Origin: Eledone cirrhosa
Lineage: Eukaryota
Direction of reading: 5' to 3'
Assembly (NCBI GenBank): GCA_964016885.1
Contig: OZ024743.1
Location: 313,348,001-313,412,000 of the forward strand
DNA length: 64,000 bases
The position numbers and the translations under genes were made by a program. Positions 57,242 through 64,000 of the stretch are shown here, in pieces; the stretch's first letter is position 1, and each line of letters opens with the position of its first letter. Below the pieces are notes generated by a model. That model ran no database searches and was not told the origin of the DNA. It saw nothing but the letters and a program-made list of their open reading frames with translations.

Positions 57242-59725
57242 GGAGAAAGTATGACCTCGACGGCAGAAGCTCAAGCCGTTTCGACGACTATTTCTGGACT
57301 AAAGTAAGAGTTTTTTTAGTCTGGTAAATAAATAGCCGAACTTTTCAAGGGGTACTTCCTTATATGGGAAGATTGTAGTTGTCAAGAGGATTGGTCAACA
57401 TTTGTAGCAGACACAGAAAAGTCTATCATGGCAGTGGGTGCGGGGTGGGGGGTGGCTGAACTTGCCTGTAGAACAATAGGTGAGTGGGTAGAGCCGGTCA
57501 AGCATTGAAGGTGAAATCTACACGGCAAATTCTAAGGAAAGTGTATGAAAGTAGGCCAGGGGAGGTAGATGTACTCCTTTTCTTTTCCTCTATGTTTTCT
57601 TCTTCTCTTTGTCTCCTCCTATCACTTCTTTCCACCACCGAACTTCTTCCTCGTTCGTTCCTTTGTTTTTTTTGTTGTTTTTTTCCCCTTTCGCCTATCC
57701 GAGGCAGCCCATCGGGCTTCTTTAGCCTCAGTACCCCCACCCCAGTAACTTACAGATAGGATTCGCCGATTACGTTATACTAACTAATCATAGCAGCTGT
57801 GTTAGACCCCAGAGATGTGGTATTAATTTGTAATACCCAATTCTAAATTTTCAATAATTCTTTATTATATTTTTTCTTTGTCCTTTAATCTCATTTGATT
57901 TACCTTTTCTATAACGCCCCTCCTCCCTTTTCTAAAGAAACCTTTTTTCGCCTGCCTCCCCTGGCCTACTTCCATACACTTTCCTTAGAATTTGCTGTGT
58001 AGATTTCACCTTCAACGCTTGACCGGCTCCCCTTCTTTTCCGTTTTTCCAAATATACCTAACTGTACCAAGGATCTCACACATTTTCCAATATTCTACCA
58101 CCTTGTACACGTCAGAATGGCTAACACACGTTCAAAATCTGTTACTGAATCTCTCAAATCGGAGACAATATTACAGGAAATCTCAGAAAAACTCTCCATA
58201 ATAATAACGAAGTACGACTCTCTTACTAATGCCGTATATGAAATGGAACAACAAACACGCAGCTATAGGAAGAAACTCGATTCCCTAATTGCAGACCGCC
58301 AGAAACAAAAACAAATTTCACCCTCTGAAATAGTTACACACGACCAAAATTCCATCGTTCAAAATGCGTTCAAAGAATGGAATGAACTGAAACTGGAAAA
58401 AGCTTTCAAAAAAGGAAACCAAATGAAAAATATTTAGAACCAAATACTAAGCCAAAGAAAACAGACATACTGGAAAGCCTTGAGGAGTGAAAACCTACCG
58501 GACACATGAGATAAGGCGAAGTAGAGAACAAGTCATCCTCCCGAGAAAATTCTGGATTAAAGAAATAACATCAGAACGAAATGAAGAAACCAAAATAAGA
58601 CAAAATAATTCTACTCCGTCTAAGAGTGCCACAATTTAAAGAGAAATCCCAAAATACTAGATCTACCAACTCATAATATTATATTATAAAATGAAATCAA
58701 ACATTTTTTTAACATAACAAGTGAAGTCATTCTTTTCCTTTTTTCAAATATACCTAACTGTACCAAGGATCTCACACATTTTCCAATATATATATAACCA
58801 AACGTTAAACAAGGTTCATTGATTAATCAATGAATATAGTTTTACAATAGATTAGAAGCACTCAACAGTGAGGTTTTATGGAGTTATTAATATTAATTCA
58901 AAATATTAATAAATGTAGACATGTTTAGTACAAGATACATCTCTTAATGTATGACGTTATATGTATATTTTAGTATATTGTAGGTTTTTTTTATAAATGT
59001 GTAAGTATGTGTGGGTATGTACACACATATATATATATATGTGTGTGTGTGTATATATATATATATGTATGTGTATATATATATATACATTTATTTATTT
59101 TTTTATTTTTATTTACTTATTTATTTATTTATTTATATGTGTATATGTATACATGCATGTATGTATTTGGTTACATTGTTTATAACAAGATGCATCCTTT
59201 CATGGATGACCCTGTATGCCCCATTGCGTAGATTTATATGACTCTGTGAGTATATTATATCTGAGTACGGACAGATATATGTATGTATGTATCTTTGTAG
59301 ATGTACGTCGGCATGTAGATATTAGGCGCGTATTTGTTTGAGTGTATATGAGCCTGTGTGTATGTGTGTGTACATGCACCTAATGTAGTGTAAGGGCTTG
59401 TTTGTGTGTACATTTATGTGTGTGTACATATACATATATATGTGTGTGTTGGGAGCGAGTCTGTCTTTGTGCCTGTATATACGGACACGTGTGTGTATGT
59501 GAGTGTCTATGTCTATGTATATGTCTGTACGTGTTTGTGTATAGTAGTAGATATACGCATATGCATGTGTGTGCGCATGCATGCGTGTGCGTGTGTGTGT
59601 GCGTGTATGTGTGTGTGCGTGTGCGTGTGCGTGTGTGTGTGTGAGCTGATGTACGTGGGAAGGCGTCTGTGGACGCGTATGTTGTTAATTATATGGTCGT
59701 GTGCATGTGTGTGTGTATGTGAGTG

Positions 59726-59764
<39 letters not shown>

Positions 59765-59982
59765 GTATATGCGTGTGTGAGTGAGCGAGCGGACTTGTGA
59801 AATATCAAACCCAGCATGGATTCATTGAAGTGTGTCAGGCGGAGGGACAGCTTATGGCGAGTGTGACAGAAACTATTGACCAGAATTTATGATGACGTAG
59901 AAAAACAACAGCCAACAGCAGGACAAGCGAGGAAGATGTTTTTTGACGCTAACACCCAAGTGAGAAAATTTGATCCGAAATT

Positions 59983-60082
59983 ATTGCAAGTGTCTGACGA
60001 ACCTGCAGATCTAGAATCAGACAGATCCATACAATGATCGTGTCTCGAGCTGTCTGCTGGCGAAACAATTGTAACGCACAAT
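59983..60082 (+). ncRNA. Hammerhead ribozyme (family F, diverged copy, canonical core)
   Basis: gtgt CTGACGA acctgcag...ctgctggc GAAA caattg TA acgc. Confidence 0.75.
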
Positions 60083-60291
60083 AAATTGAGTTCAGATGCA
60101 TCACTAACTTTTCGTTTTATATTATAATATATATATATATATATCAAGTAAGAATATTTTCGAAACAGCGAGTGGGTTTGAAATTATTAGAAATGTAAGT
60201 TATAGCCGTATTTTGACTAAAGAAATTAAAGAAATTATTTAGCCTGATAGTGGGGTTAAGAACCCTCGGAGAAATACGGCGATAACTTACA

Positions 60292-60339
<48 letters not shown>

Positions 60340-60393
60340 TTTATTTTATTTTATTTTATTTTATTTTATTTTATATTTTATTTTATTTTATTT

Positions 60394-60498
<105 letters not shown>

Positions 60499-60529
60499 TA
60501 TGTATACGTACATACGTATATGTATATGT

Positions 60530-61170
60530 ATTAAGCAGTAGTGTCTAGCTACCATCGTTTCTCGTTTGTTCAACACTCGTTGTTGAACACTCGTTGTTCA
60601 ACACTCGTTGCTCGTTTGTTCAACACACCGAGCATTATAATAAATGTTCGGTGAATCCATACGTACATATATATATATGTGTGCATGTATGTATATATAC
60701 ATACTACTGTACGTCTGTATACATATATGTATGTACGTATACATACTTATATTTAAGTAACAGCCGTACTAAGAGTGAGAAATGAAATTTCGTTTCATTT
60801 TTTCCGTTTATCGTTTTCGGTGCTCCCGGCCGATTAACCCACTCATGCAAATTGGGCTACTCAGCCGTTAATATGCATGAGGTAAGTATATACGTTCAAC
60901 AATCTGGCAGGATGGTATACGTTGCTGACTATAGCTAATAAGCTTGATACTAGTACAGCGTTCCTTTGTCAGTGTTGAACAAACGAGCAACGATGGTTGC
61001 TAGGCACTACGGCTTAATATGGGATGTTTGTTTACAAACACACCGAGCATTATAATAAATGTTCGGTGAATCCATACGTATATATATATATATGTGCATG
61101 TTTGTATATATATATACATACTACTGTACTTCTGTATACATATATGTATGTACGTGTACATACTTATATT
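60530..61170 (+). repeat. Second locus of the about 420-bp HHR tandem family (period 415), HHR core mutated
   Basis: acacaccgagcatt at 60623 and 61038. The HHR at 60919-60961 reads CTGACTA..GATA. An inverted fragment lies at 60530-60625. Confidence 0.85.
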
Positions 61171-61384
61171 ATAGGATATATTTTATGATAAACTGATAAA
61201 TTATTTGTATATAAAACAATTGTAGATTGATACTTTAGAGATAGACAAGTATAAAATAATTGAAATGAAAAACAAAGATATTCCATATACAAAATCTCAG
61301 TGTCATAAAAACCTATTGACATGATATAAAATGTTTGAGCAATATGTAAAAGAACAAAACAAACACATTATTAATAGGAACAAA

Positions 61385-61790
61385 AATGGAAGAAAAAAAG
61401 AGATGAAAAGAAGAAAAAGGAAAAATAAAAGGATCAAGCAACGAAAGAAAGGGAAAAGCGGGAGGTACATATACTTAGTCTGAGTGGTGCCTCAGTCACG
61501 CTCTGCTGACAAAATGGCAAAGGCGTTACAATGGAGAATGGCCAGAGATATCCGCTGCAACAGCCATCCCTTCTTAAGCGAGCCGTCGTCTTTCCGACGA
61601 AGGAAATCAGAAGTGCGGGGACCAGGGATACTAGAGGCCTCGATGGAGACCTGTACAAAAAGGGAGCGGTCGATCAGGCATCGGTATTTGCCTATCTTCC
61701 TCTCTTCCACATTGCGGACAGCGGAGCCCGAGTCTGTGGCCGAAGTGACCAGGCTGGAGCCGTAGAAAGTTTATTCTGGGAAATCCGGTA
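61385..61790 (-). mobile_element. CRE-clade retrotransposon 3' end
   Basis: GSAVRNVEERKIGKYRCL..WLLQRISLAILHCNAFAIL, matching the QRISLA.QRGNA motif, then a pyrimidine-rich 3' UTR. Confidence 0.75.
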
Positions 61791-63339
61791 AAATGCAAAT
61801 TAGAATTAAATGATCAAAAACTAGAGTAAAAAGAGAAAGAATCCCCCAAAATAATTGTTTCTACTTTTACCTTATATTTCATATTTCATGGCTAGAATCG
61901 TTTTTCAATAGAGCACATTTCTTTTGAAAGAAGGTTCCTAACCAAGAAATATCATGAACTATGTAGTCAATGTATAAACTGTTGGTTTCTTTTGTTTTTT
62001 TCTTTCTTTATTCTATATTTCTAGGTTGAATTGCACCAACTTTCCTAAAACAATCCTACATATCTCACAATACTTTATATAAACTATATACATCTGACGT
62101 TGTATTTAGATAAGACTAATCCAAGCAGCTCTCATTTATAATATTGATGTTTTAATAAATATATCCTATTTGTATTACGTAAAAGATTTTTCAGTCTCAA
62201 TAAATAATATCCTCTTTTTATTTCATAACAGATTTTTCAATCTTAATAAATACGTCCTATATATTTCATAAAATTTTAAGTCTTTGTGACGGCTTCTCAG
62301 AAAGCAAAATATGTTTTCAAATTTCTCCAAATGCTTCGTAAACGAGCCAATGTTGTTTACGTTTATAAATTAACAGCTAATGCTTCTTCAAAAACCAAAA
62401 AAACTTTAAAGAATGGCTAGGGAGGCTTCGATGTTATAGTTAATGACGTTCATCAAATATACAAGAGATTTGTAGTTCTATTCCCTCTTTTTCTGTTTTG
62501 AGGTGTACTTTATCCGAGATGTTCTACTATTATTTATAGTTCATCTGCATTTTGTAGGCTTTCCAAAAGCAAAACATATTTTCATATCCTATTTTTATTT
62601 CATAATAAACTTTTTACTATTAATAAGTATATCCCGTTTGTAATTTAAAGCGTTGGGGCATCGGATTAAATACCTTGATACTTCGGAATTTTCCTCGCAT
62701 TACTGCGCTTCAAATACTGCCGAGGTCAACTTTGCCTTTCATTCACACGGGGTTAATAAACTAAGGACCTGTCCAGAGGGGAAGGATTGGGTGAATTGCT
62801 AATGAGTTGATATCTGCTCCGGCTTCGTGCATCCTGAGCTCAAATTCCGCCTACTTCTGCCAGGGGTTGTGAAGGACAGATAACTCATTGTATTCAATAC
62901 TATAGGCTTTTGAATTAAACAGTCAAAGAATTTTGTCTTTATAATTTTAGATATCATTCCCCCTCTCTCTCCCCTTCCCTCACTCCCCCCTCTCTCTCTA
63001 TCTATCTCTCCCTCTCTCGCTCACGTACATACACACACTCACATAAGGGATACATTTATTGAAGTAAGAAAAGTAGAGAATAGTCTGGTCGTGAAAGTAA
63101 CGTGCAAATGGCTCAGCATTTCACCGACACGTGCTTCGCTAACGTAGTTCTCAAGGATATTTCGCGTGACACAGTGTATGACAAAGCTGGGTCTTTGAAT
63201 TACAGGCATATCGCATTTTCCCCACCTGAGTGGAATAAAATCTTTGCGAAAAAAAACAACCCAAAACAGCACGCCACACGGTCCGGGTATCCAACTCCCG
63301 ACCTGACGGCCATGAGCCGAAAAACCTAACCACAAAGCC

Positions 63340-63660
63340 ACATGTCATCACTCAAATTCGACGCATCGTTCCTAAGCCACACACGCTCATAATGGAAATC
63401 AATTTCTCCGTAAAATGGGAAAGACAGCGGCCCGTTTGAGGAGTTAGCGCAGTGAGGTGGGGGTGGCTGTTATAACGGGTGTCTCTGGCCATTCTCTGCG
63501 TTAACGTTTTCGCCATTTTATACACGGGGCACGACTCAGGCACGGCCCAGATTGGGATGCAGTGACTAACAATATTTCCCTCCCTTTCTTTTGTTGCATG
63601 ATTCTTTTTTGCTTTTCCTTCTTTTCATTTCCTTTTTGTTCTTTCTAATGTGTTCCCTTT
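63340..63660 (+). mobile_element. CRE-clade retrotransposon 3' end (diverged)
   Basis: GWLL*RVSLAILCVNVFAIL. Homologous to 61430-61580 in opposite orientation. Confidence 0.65.
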
Positions 63661-64000
63661 AAAATTTGTTTCTATTGTAGACACAAGGCCAGTAATTTGG
63701 GGGAGGTGAAAATCGATTAAATCGACCCCAGTGCATTACTGGTGGTTTACTTTATCGACCCCGTGAGGATGAAAGGAGGGATTTGAACTCAGGATATAAG
63801 GGCCGTAACACTATGCCGCTAAGCGCTATTGATTGTGCCATTCCACCGCCCTATAGTAATATGTTTTGTTTTAGACTTTTACTTGTTGGTGTTAGAAACA
63901 GACAGAATAAATAGGTTAGCATATGTGAAAAGGCACATTTGATAGGTTGACTAGTGAATTATAGAGAGGATAATGTGAAGAAGCCTTATTATATAGTATG

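Noticed and set aside
57685-57720. Minus-strand CCGATGG..gcct-cggat-aggc GAAA
   Set aside because: Two core mismatches and no cleavage triplet or stem I.

Overview
AT-rich, microsatellite-saturated eukaryotic DNA. The SINE and (TA)n/(CA)n/(GA)n content suggests an octopus or other cephalopod (inference). I find no supportable host gene, and most listed ORFs are microsatellite translations. The window is a mosaic of transposon fragments, usually separated by (TA)n tracts: several Penelope-like retroelements (PLEs; RT and GIY-YIG remnants), an RTE LINE, CRE-, R4- and Tx1/L1-type fragments, a Helitron, MITEs and tRNA-derived SINEs. The main hidden signal is RNA. By eye I read about 30 hammerhead-ribozyme (HHR) motifs from at least a dozen unrelated repeat families. 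They lie in tandem retrozyme-like units of about 215, 420, 466 and 591 nt and in fold-back (inverted arm plus 3' tail) elements. The best case is a near-identical 591-nt tandem unit with two HHRs that carry a compensatory U3:A8 core. Several families also share a TTGAGTRCY motif in their 3' tails. All folds were read manually, and no activity or expression is shown by the sequence.
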